Assembly: GCF_006345805.1 (NCBI RefSeq) | Contig: NC_042998.1 | Span: 153,388,001 to 153,452,000, forward strand | Source: Octopus sinensis | Lineage: Eukaryota | Direction: 5' to 3' | Length of the DNA: 64,000 nucleotides | Shown here: piece by piece, positions 1 to 10,479 of the stretch | Layout: every line of letters starts with the position of its first letter | How positions within the stretch are numbered: position 1 is the first letter of the stretch | Program-made: the position numbers and the translations under genes | The notes under the pieces: generated by a model | The model's database searches: none | Seen by the model: only the letters and a program-made list of their open reading frames with translations | Told to the model about the DNA's origin: nothing

Positions 1-2290
1 TTAAGGTCCGTTGGAAGATTTTGGAGACCAGGTTCTTCAATGTGCTTTTGAAACACTGGGATATGCTATTGCCAGATACAGACTAGTTTGATGAAAATAG
101 TGTTGAAGTTCAGTGACTACTGGTTGTAAAGCACCATGCCCACAATGTACTGCTGCACAGGGGACTTTCAGCAGTGCAGCGAAATCTAGCACTTGCTCAC
201 TAAAGCAGTGTAAAATCACTACTGCAGCAATCTCTCAGGAAGATACAGAACATTTGGTGGGAGGATCTTGCTCATGATGTTCAGGCTGCTGCTAATGCAA
301 ATGACAGCAAGAAGCTTTACCATCCTATGAAACAAGTTTATGGGCCTAAGAGCTCTGCATCATCTCCTTTGCTTTCTAAGGAGTCTTCTACTCTGTTTAC
401 TAAATCAACAGAAATCACAAGTCACTGGATTGAACACTACTCTGAACTCCTAAACCATGAGTCAGTTGTGGAGGAAACAGTGATTGATATTATGCAATAA
501 AGACCTATCATTGGCTCCTTAAATTCTATGCCCTCAATAGATGAGGTAATGACGTCAATAAGTAAAGTGTATCTTGGTAGGCACCTGAAAGGGATGGAAT
601 TTTTGCTGAGGTCTTGCGATTTGGTGGTGATTACATCATACAGTCTCTTCATGAACTTATTAATGTAGTCTGGAGAGATGGTGCAATGCCTAAGGACTGG
701 AAGGATGCAATTATTCTTCCTTTCTATAAAGGAAAAGGAGCCTGAACAATGTGTGGTGTATTGCTCTACTATCAGCTGCTGGCAAGGTTCTGGCAAATAT
801 TCTTCTTACCCACCTGAATAGGTGTCTCATAGATGATGCCCTATCTGTATATCAATGTGGCTTCTGATCTGGTTGAGGGACAATGGATATGATTTTCATA
901 GCAAAACAGATACAGAAGTGCTTTGAGCAGAATATGGATCATGTCCAAGTATTCATTGATTTAACCAAGGCCTTTGATATTGTGAATAGGTCCTTGCTAT
1001 GAAAAATACTTGGCAAACTTGGATGTCCGGATCACTTTGTATCTATAATTAAATCATTTCATGATGGAGTGGAGGCTTTGGTCAATGTTGGTGGTGGCAT
1101 GGCGGGAGCCATTCTTGTAGAGAATGGTGTCAAGCAGGGTGACATCCTTGCCTCAACTGTCTTTTCTTTGCACTTTGCTGCTGCTTTTACTCATGCTTTT
1201 GCTAAAATTAGCTCTCTGGGAATATATGTCATGTATCGATCTTCTGGCCACCTAGCACTGATTTGCTGCCAATTCAAAAGATTTCTAATCTCTTATTCAT
1301 GACCTCCTTTATGCAGATGACTGTGACTTAGTCACTCATACAGTGGATGACGTGCAAATACATATGAATTGTACTTCTGCTTCTTGCAAGTTATTTGGAA
1401 TCAGCATTAGCCTGGACAAGACTGTTGTAATGTTCCAGCCTGCACCAGGAAATCCATATGCGGAACCAGCTATCTTGGTTGAAGGAACTATACTGAAAGT
1501 GGTAGACAAGTTTGTCTACCTGGGCAGCACACTCAGCAATTCTTTCTCCATGAATGATGAAATCATCTTTCAGGCTGCAAAGAGCAGCTGATTCCTTCTG
1601 GTCTCTTCAGTCTCATGTCTGGTCCCAGCATGGCATCACAAGGCAAACAAAAATTGCTGTGTACCGTGCATGTGTACTGACATCACTCCTTTACTCATAT
1701 AAGACATGGACCTTTTACAAGTGTCGTGTAAGGGTCCCTAAACACTTTCATTGGAGCTGTCTAAGACATATTCTGAATGTTGGCTGGACCTTAAAAACTC
1801 CAGAAACACAGGTCCAGAGGACAGCTGATATCTTGAGTATTGAGTGATGGTGCAGAAGCACCAGTTATGTTGGACTGGGTACCTTATTAGAATAAAGGAT
1901 AACAGGATCCCTAAACAGATGCTATATGGGGAACTTGTTAGTGAAAAGATACCCTGGCAGAAACCAAGGCTGCAATTTAAGGACTGTGTCAAGTCCCCAT
2001 TAAAGGCCTGTGATATGCAGGAGACTGACTGGGAGAGCAGTGCCTATCATCATCACAGATGGAGGAAGCAGGTTAAGGAGGGGGTTGACACCTTTGAGAG
2101 AGTACATATTCTGCATGAAGAATTTAAGCATGCTGCTTGAAAGCACACTGCTAATGTAGTGAATGGGGAAAGCTTTCTTCTGCAATGTTTGCAGTTGTGT
2201 ATGTTTGTCAAGAGCAGGGCTCATTAGCCACCAATGGATCTGCAAATGCAAAATATAAGTTAGTCCTAGAGCACACAATGTTCCTAAAGG
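1..2290 (+). mobile_element. Degenerate RTE (BovB-like) LINE, RT region and 3' end
   Basis: Broken frames give FIDLTKAFDIVNR, GVKQGDIL, LLYAD, FVYLGS, KIAVYRACVLTSLLY and RIPKQMLYGEL motifs, with many stops and frameshifts. The 5' part lies outside the window. Confidence 0.85.
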
Positions 2291-3075
2291 TCGGCAATGG
2301 TCTTCCTTGGTTACAAGTGGATGGAGATCATCATCATGTATGTATGTTTAATTAGAAAAAGATTTGTTTTTAAATTATTTGTTTTAAAAACGTTGTGGAA
2401 TAAGTTGGTGTATAGTGTGTATTTCATTTGTAAGAGCTTTTATTTTTCAATATTTCAAGCACACATGTTCCAGCTAATGCATATAGAATTTGTTTTTTTC
2501 ATAATGGTAATGGTGTTAATTATTTCTGGTTTAATTTTGGATTTAGAATTTTATTAAGTATTCTTCTTTTGCCTTTCATTGATGATCATCTTCATCTTTT
2601 ATTTTTTTAAAGAATATTTTTTTCATTTATAATGGTGATATTACTTCCAGTGTCCAACTGCATTTTAACACTTGTATTTCTGATTTTCACCTTCACGAAT
2701 TTTCTCATTGTTATATTACTAATTTCTTCTAATGACATACTATTTATTCTTTTTCCTTTGTTCTGATATTTTTTTATCTACGTTCTACAGTGCATCTTTA
2801 TATATCCTATACTTCCACAACAAAAGCACTCTGCTTTCTTAAATGGAAAATTTTTCCTCAGGTGTATATTTCCACATGCTAAACATGGGTTTATTTTCTG
2901 ATTTTTATTGTGTTTTTATAAGAAATTATCTCTATTCTATTTTGCACTTGCTTTACTTGGAAACAATCTTTACATTCAATTTCCTCTCTGTTGTGTCATA
3001 TTTTGACTATCCATTCACATTCTTCTGACATTTGTTGTAGGGTTGCATCCTGGTTCTATATATATATATGTATAT

Positions 3076-3106
<31 letters not shown>

Positions 3107-3113
3107 TATATAT

Positions 3114-4012
3114 ATATAATTAGTGAATGGAAGAAATGGAGTTGAACGAAGATTGTACAGAATTCCTTTTATTACATTCTACACATGTTTCAAAGGCCAC
3201 AATTTTCCAAATTCTGATTAAATAAGGATACCATATTGCAGCTTTCTCTTCAGGAAAAAGCAGGAATTACGTTGACAGAACAAAACAAAACAGAGGCGCA
3301 GCAAAGCAATTCGAACGAGGACGCTCCTTAAGAGCCCATGGTTAAACTGTTTATCAATGTACGTTGAAATCGGGGGGGTTGGTGGGGGCCGACAAAAGGT
3401 CCGTTGGAATAATTACAGGTCAGGCCGTGGTCAAATCTAGTAGGTGAGGAATTAATGAGAACAAGGGGTGTGGAGATGTTCTGTGTGACCAAAACTAATG
3501 TTCTGAATATTTTAAGAATACAGGGTGTATTTTAGGGGCGAGACAAAACCTACCTAAAAGCATGTATGTGTATACTAGCCTATGTGTGCGCGGCCGTATG
3601 TTGGCGAGGAGCGCTAGATAATGAGCACTGCTGAGAAAACCTGTCAGGCGGCTGAAAAAATTCTGTGTTCGTGTGTTCGTCTAGGCCTGCTTGTCTAAAA
3701 ATTAACATCGTCAAAGAATCATAAGGGTATATATATTTCCAGCGTTTGCTTCCAAAAAAAACCGACCATTGATAAACAGTTTAACCATGGGCTCTTAAGG
3801 AGCGTCCTCGTTCGAATTGCTTTGCTGCGCCTCTGTTTTGTTTTGTTCTGTCAACGTAATTCCTGCTTTTTCCTGAAGAGAAAGCTGCAATATGGTATCC
3901 TTATTTAATCAGAATTTGGAAAATTGTGGCCTTTGAAACATGTGTAGAATGTAATAAAAGGAATTCTGTACAATCTTCGTTCAACTCCATTTCTTCCATT
4001 CACTAATTATAT
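3114..4012. repeat. 246-bp inverted repeat (3114-3359 / 3767-4012) with 407-bp spacer; Penelope-like pseudo-LTR pair
   Basis: The arms are reverse complements (ATATAATTAGTGAATGG...TTATCAATG) with no mismatch found by eye. Each arm holds a hammerhead motif. Flanked by (TA)n. Confidence 0.85.
3855..3965 (+). ncRNA. Type I hammerhead ribozyme motif (mirror copy on the minus strand at ~3161-3271)
   Basis: CTGAAGA at 3873-3879, a long stem II (GAAAGCTGCAAT/ATTGTGGCCTTT), GAAA at 3935-3938, minimal palindromic stem III ACATGT, and GTA cleavage triplet at 3944-3946. Stem I is imperfect. Confidence 0.55.
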
Positions 4013-4166
4013 TAAACTTCAATTATCCGCACCAAATGGTCTTATCTCCAACCGTGTTTTTTTCTGCTGTGATTTTTGCTACCCAGGTATCGGTTAAACT
4101 TTTGAATAATCTGTAACAAGAAAATTCATCTTTCCATTTCAACAAACTATATATATATATATATAT

Positions 4167-4527
4167 ATATATCTGTGCCGGTGGCACATGACCTGCTGTG
4201 CTTGAGGAAACCTATTGAGTCAAGTACATCAACATCAAAATAAATATCAAATGGAAATTGTAGTTGTGATACCTGTGCCGGTGGCACGTAAAAAGCACCA
4301 TCCGAATGTGGCCGATGCCAGCGCTGCCTTGACTGGCTTCTATGCTGGTGGCACGTAAAAAGCACTCACCACAATCACGGAGTGGCTGGCGTTAGGAAGG
4401 GCATCCAGCTGTAGAAACACTGCCAGATCAGACTGGAGCCTGGTGCAGCCTCCTGGTTTCCCAGACCCCGGTTGAACCATCCAACTCGTGCTAGCACGGA
4501 AAACGGACGTTAAACAATGATGATGAT
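4167..4527 (+). mobile_element. 5'-truncated RTE 3'-UTR copy (SINE-like) with (GAT)n tail
   Basis: Matches the 3' UTR that follows the RTE ORFs at 13586 and 28340 (GTGCCGGTGGCACGTAAAAAGCAC...GGAAGGGCATCCAGC...GATGATGA). Confidence 0.8.
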
Positions 4528-6134
4528 ATATATATATATAAATATAAATATTTTATGTCTATCTGCCCATCTCTCTCTCTCTCTCTCTCTCTACCTTTCT
4601 AATATATATGATTTTAAAAATGTCTAGTCATATTTATTTACATTTTTTTAACCAAGGTAAATGCCAACCATTATTTGGATGATAAGAAGTTTTCTAGTGC
4701 ACATGACAACTTACAAGATAAATTAAAACTTACACTGGTGGAAGTTCTCATTTCAACTGTTCCTGAGACATTTATCCTGCACATTAATACTACACACTTT
4801 GAAATCTCCCTTCCCAATATTTTCCTGACATTTAATCATGTAGGCACCATCTATGATGAGTTAAAGATATAAATGTGAATCGATAATCAAGGTAAGTTGA
4901 TCTCTACACACATTCACAACTTTAGTTTGTAGTACATTCACATATCTCCAGAAACATTCTACTGCAAATAATCAGGGCATAGAAAACTGAAAACCTCTCT
5001 CACTTCTCTGTAATATTATCATCATTATCTTCATCATCGTCATTTTATGACTGTGTTCCATGTCACCATGGGTTGGATGGATCTTCACAGCCTCAGTCTC
5101 CCTACTCCATGGAAGCTACAACTCCCAATGACTGTTGTTCATACTAATTTCTACAGGCTGGGTGCCCTTCCTAACACCAACCACTATGGAGTGTATTTTC
5201 TTATGGCACCAACACAAGAGAGGTTGAATAGTCTTCAGTAAGACAAGAGTAGAGGGACCTCATAACCCAACACTTTCTCTACTCGTTTACCAATCACTTT
5301 ATAAAGTGAACAGTAGTGAGAGTGGGGTAGGAGCTTGTATACAACACAGTAAATGTAAATTTGGAAAGGGAATAACGATAGCAGAAAGCTGTCTTAAACT
5401 AAAACGTTCATATTATGGTGTAATTCAGTAGAAAAGTAAGTTGGCTTACTTCCCTTCGCCTATTTTATTAGGAGTTACCTCCCCTTAATTTTTATTTACT
5501 CTTTTTGTACACCCATAAAATGAACAAGTACCTTCAATATCTACTAAATACAGTTCTATATTTCAGAGATGAGGAATTATGAACATTATTTACTTGTGAC
5601 GGATATTTGTCCTCATCTTGTTTGTTGTTAACACGTTTCGGTACTTGTCTATTGTCGTGGTCCCGGTTTCTCACACGCGAATTCGCGCGCGCGCCAGACG
5701 TAGGTGCTCGTTACTCGAGATCCTACGAGGTGACTTGCGCATGCGCAGTGCAGAATTCGCGCATGCGCGTTACCCCCCCCCCAAAAAAAAGGTGTTGGAT
5801 TTCACTAAAAATATATGTGAGTGTGTGTGTGTGTGTGTGTATATATATAACATTTTCAATTTTACACAAAAAAATTACATAGTCGCTTTCCTCGCGGATT
5901 TACAGATAAATGAATTAATTACTATTTTACAGAATAAAATTAATGAATTAATTATATAAATTAAATAATTCTTGAAAATTAATTAATATTAATAATATTT
6001 TTTGAACAAAGTAAATAATTTATAAAACTTGGTTAATAATTTTTTTTACACAAACGCGAACGTATATAATTTGTGAAACTTTTTTTTTTTTTACAGACGT
6101 ATATAATTTGGTAAACTTAATGAATTAATTTCTT

Positions 6135-6545
6135 CTCATCATCATCATCGTTTAACGTCCGTTCTCCATGCCAGCATGGGTTGGACGGTTCGACCGGGGA
6201 TCTGGGAAGCCAGAAGCTGCACCAGACTCCAGTCTTATCTGGCAATGTTTCTACAGCTGGATGCCCTTCCTAACGCCAACCACTCCGAGAGTGTAGTGGG
6301 TGCTTTTTACATGCCACCCGCACAGGTGCCAGGAGAGGCTGGCAACGGCCACGGTCGGATTGGTGCCAGTCGAGGCGGCTCTGGCATCGGCCACGATTCG
6401 GATAGTGCTTTTTACGTACCACCAGTCCAGGGGTCCTGGCATTTGCCGGGTGTCACACTTGCCCCAACATGTCTTCGCAAGCAAAGGGGGTTGGCGTGGG
6501 TGCCTGTCGTGGGATGAGGTTCGATATCAACTTCGCTTGCCTCAA
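6135..6545 (-). mobile_element. RTE 3'-UTR copy inside the left fold-back arm
   Basis: Reverse complement of the RTE tail, with (ATC)n at the left end. Confidence 0.85.
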
Positions 6546-7584
6546 CAGTCTTTGTGTATAAATGTATAAATTTTTCGCACTAAATTCTTTCCGTAGAATT
6601 TATCAAAAAACGCGCAAAATTATTCCGTAGAATTTATCAAATTAAAAAACGCAAAATTAATATATTTTTTGAAATTGCAAATTATTTAGAATATAAAACA
6701 AATGAAGTTAAATTTTAAAAATAAATGTCATATACTTATACTCTGTAAGGTGCTGTGTTCACACTTCAATTTACTATTTTCTAGAAATGTTGCTTTTCTA
6801 ATTGAAACAATTTTTCTCAATCTCCATTTAAAAGTCCATAATGCCTCTTGAGACATATCAAAATGAACAACTTTGAATTACGCGGTGGTGGTGGTGGTGG
6901 TGTGAGGTTCTAATTTTTTTTTCTGATCTCTCTTTGCCCCCTCTTTATCTCAGTTGTTCATTCCGCTAATATTTAGAAAAATTTTCGCGCCCAATTTTTG
7001 TTGTCGCGGGAAAAGATGAACGATTTAAAATGTATATATATTCTGATGACAAAATATATTATCTTTCAAAAACATCCCAAATTTATAGACTATATCGTGT
7101 AGGTTTAAGAAATATATATATATATATATATATATGAGAATGAAACATCTTTCAGCTGTCTCCCCACCACACCTCCATCTAGGGGGGCAAAGAGAGATCA
7201 GAAAAAAAATTAGAACCTCACACCACCACCACCACCACCACCGCCGCCGCGTAATTCAAAGTTGTTCATTTTGATATGGCTCAAGAGACATGGTGGACTT
7301 TTAAATGGAGATTGAGAAAAATTGTTTCAATTAGAAAAGCAACATTTCTAGAAAATAGTAAATTGAAGTGTGAACACAGCACCTTACAGAGTATAAGTAT
7401 ATGACATTTATTTTTAAAATTTAACTTCATTTGTTTTATATTCTAAATAATTTGCAATTTCAAAAAATATATTAATTTTGCGTTTTTTAATTTGATAAAT
7501 TCTACGGAATAATTTTGCGCGTTTTTTGATAAATTCTACGGAAAGAATTTAGTGCGAAAAATTTATACATTTATACACAAAGAC

Positions 7585-7995
7585 CTGTTGAGGCAAGCGA
7601 AGTTGATATCGAACCTCATCCCACGACAGGCACCCATGCCAACCCCCTTTGCTTGCGAAGACATGTTGGGGCAAGTGTGACACCCGGCAAATGCCAGGAC
7701 CCCTGGACTGGTGGTACGTAAAAAGCACTATCCGAATCGTGGCCGATGCCAGAGCCGCCTCGACTGGCACCAATCCGACCGTGGCCGTTGCCAGCCTCGC
7801 CTGGCACCTGTGCGGGTGGCATGTAAAAAGCACCCACTACACTCTCGGAGTGGTTGGCGTTAGGAAGGGCATCCAGCTGTAGAAACATTGCCAGATAAGA
7901 CTGGAGTCTGGTGCAGCCTTCTGGCTTCCCAGATCCCCGGTCGAACCGTCCAACACATGCTGGCATGGAGAACGGACGTTAAACGATGATGATGA
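7585..7995 (+). mobile_element. RTE 3'-UTR copy inside the right fold-back arm (mirror of 6135-6545)
   Basis: Same sequence at the same position within the arm. Confidence 0.85.
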
Positions 7996-8521
7996 GAAGA
8001 AATTAATTCATTAAGTTTACCAAATTATATACGTCTGAAAAAAAAAAAAGTTTCACAAATTATATACGTTTGCGTTTGTGTAAAAAAAATTATTAACCAA
8101 GTTTTATAAATTATTTACTTTGTTCAAAAAATATTATTAATATTAATTAATTTTCAAGAATTATTTAATTTATATAATTAATTCATTAATTTTATTCTGT
8201 AAAATAGTAATTAATTCATTTATCTGTAAATCCGCGAGGAAAGCGACTATGTAATTTTTTTGTGTAAAATTGAAAATGTTATATATACACACAGACACAC
8301 ACACACACATATTTTTAGTGAAATCCAACACCTTTTTTTTTTTGGGGGGGGGGGGGGGGGTAACGCGCATGCGCGAATTCTGCACTGCGCATGCGCAAGT
8401 CACCTCGTAGGATCTCGAGTATCGAGTACCTACGTCTGGCGCGCGCGCGCGAATTCGCGTGTGAGAAACCGGGACCACGACAATAGACAAGTACCCACGT
8501 TTCGGCTGATATACTCTCCAG

Positions 8522-9330
8522 CCTATTATTATTATCACTATTATTATTATTTTTCCTTCTTTCTTCAAATTTTCCTCTGTTTCTCGCTGAGTGTTTTCCG
8601 TACACCTAGGGCAGGGAAGCTCATTGTATGCATTCCCAGATTGCACACGCAAATTCACAGGTAAAACATGTATTTAAAAAATTAATAAATAAATAAATTC
8701 ATGAATGGATGTTGTTTTCACAGTGATAATGCTCTTCTCAGTACATGAGCCGTTCCAGTTAACACGATTTTTTGCACTTCCTGTAGGGATGGTAAGCCTG
8801 GTATCATTTTCAAATAGGTTTCAGTGCCTTTTTTTATCATTCCTAGAGATCCTACAATCACTGGTACTGTAGTTGCCTTGAGATGCCACATTTTTTCAAT
8901 TTCTATTAGCAAGTCTTTATATTTACTGATCTTGTCAAATTCTTTCACCGCTATATTATGATCACAAGGAATACTCATGTCAATTAATAAACACATCCTT
9001 TTTGTCTGATCTTTTATAATAATATCCGGTTTATTAGCTTTTATAGTTTTGTCGGTATGTAAGGGGAAGTCCCATAGAATCGACACATTTTCTTCCTCAG
9101 TCACAGCTTCAGGATGGTGTTTATACCATTTGTCAGCGGTTTTGATTTTATAATGCTGACATATTGGCATGTCTTGCTTTATATTCTACAGGTGCTAAGA
9201 CTCTACACCCTGAGATTAGGTGGTCTATAGTTTCAATCTCATCATTATAGAATCGACATTTTGGGTCAGCTCCTTTTTTATCACATTGGCTTGGTAGTTC
9301 TGGGTTAATAAGCATTGGTCTTGAGCAACT
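8522..9330 (-). mobile_element. R4/Dong-like non-LTR retrotransposon 3' fragment (zinc knuckle remnant plus restriction-like endonuclease)
   Basis: ORF 8718-9170 has KPDIIIKD...LIDMSIP...KYKDL...PVIVGSLG. The upstream frame has AQDQ...CRFYNDEIETIDHLISGC. (TAA)n tail near 8522-8550. Confidence 0.85.
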
Positions 9331-9460
9331 AATATGAAACCTTCACTCTCCGCTTTTAGCCCTGAGTTTCATAACCATTGGTGCATGTGTTCTTTTAGTC
9401 CTGAGCTTCGTAACCATTGCTGCGTGTGTATTATTATTATTATTATTATTCTCAATTCAT

Positions 9461-10290
9461 TAGTTATTGTTGTCTCTCTCATGTCCTGCGTTAAATATAT
9501 ATATATAATCCTATGGATCGCCCCAGCCTCAATTCATTAGTTATTGTTGTCTCTCTCATGTCCTGTGTTAAATATATATATAATCCAATGGATCGCCCCA
9601 GCCTCAATTCATTAGTTATTGTTGTCTCTCTCATGTCCTCTGTTAAATATATATATAATCCTATGGATTGCCCCCCTAATTTTATCGATCAGCCTCACGT
9701 CTCGTTAAATATAGAATAAATATTTATAATTTTATAGCTCCTTATTTTATATAAGTTTTTCCTTCCCCGCTCACACATGGCTGCTAGTTTTCGCGGGTGC
9801 TAGTTTTCCTCTTCACATTGTCTTTCTATCTCTTTCGATCGCCTCACTGGCCCTCCACCACCACCCCATATGCATTTTACGCTAGCTCTGGAAATAAACG
9901 GTCTCACTTCTTGATTCAAATTCTTACTGTCAACTTCGGTCGAAAAATGAATTCCAGCTAAGCAATTTTTTAAACTTAATTCAGCCCGTATTCTACCAGA
10001 AATATTTCTATGCAATTGTTTGATCTTTAGTTCCCCATGTTTTTATCTCTATTTATGTTATGACTTTTTCACTTTTACTCTGTTTATTTCAGCCTCAATT
10101 CATTAGTTATTGTTGTCTCTCTCATGTCCTGTGTTAAATATATATTTAATCCTATGGATCGCCACCCTAATTTTATCGATCAGCCTCACGTCTCGTTAAA
10201 TATAGAATAAATATTTATAATTTTATAGCTCCTTATTTTATATAAGTTTTTCCTTCCCCGCTCACACATGGCTGCTAGTTTTCGCGGGGT
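9461..10290 (+). repeat. ~68-bp tandem unit x3 plus a ~200-bp direct repeat (9596-9797 vs 10091-10288)
   Basis: The unit CTCAATTCATTAGTTATTGTTGTCTCTCTCATGTCC... occurs four times. The block ending GCTAGTTTTCGCGGG occurs twice. Confidence 0.85.
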
Positions 10291-10479
10291 CGCCCCCTCC
10301 ACCCCCTCACCCCCTCCACCGTTACAGGAAGTCCTAAATTTTCTCATCCTTGTTGTCTCCCATGTACACTTCAAAGTCTTACGCCACCCACACCTCCTTC
10401 CATAAAAGGTAGTAGTCATTCATTGCAAGATATGTTAGTGTAGCGTACGCGGTTTGAACTTGAGTTTTATTGTTTGTCT

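Larger units (their letters stand above)
5640..8495. mobile_element. Non-autonomous fold-back DNA transposon with ~1.3-kb inverted arms, probably Merlin superfamily
   Basis: Arms 5640-6942 and 7181-8495 are near-identical reverse complements. Termini are GGTAC...GTACC. The 8-bp TSD CACGTTTC lies at 5632-5639 and 8496-8503. No transposase ORF. Confidence 0.8.

Noticed and set aside
6176-7966. Duplicate ORFs (6176-6569 and 7549-7966; likewise 21689-22112 and 24301-24673, 28451-28990) as genes
   Set aside because: They are incidental frames in RTE 3'-UTR or TIR repeats, mirrored by the palindromes, with no protein motifs.
5640-8495. Assembly fold-back artefact as the explanation of the large palindromes
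   Set aside because: Both large elements have exact 8-bp TSDs and their arms differ by substitutions or repeat counts, which a read-folding artefact would not produce. This is not fully excluded for 3114-4012.
9461-9670. CRISPR-like repeat array (also considered for 28490-28950 and 23516-23649)
   Set aside because: The units are contiguous tandem repeats without unique spacers, there are no cas genes, and the context is eukaryotic.
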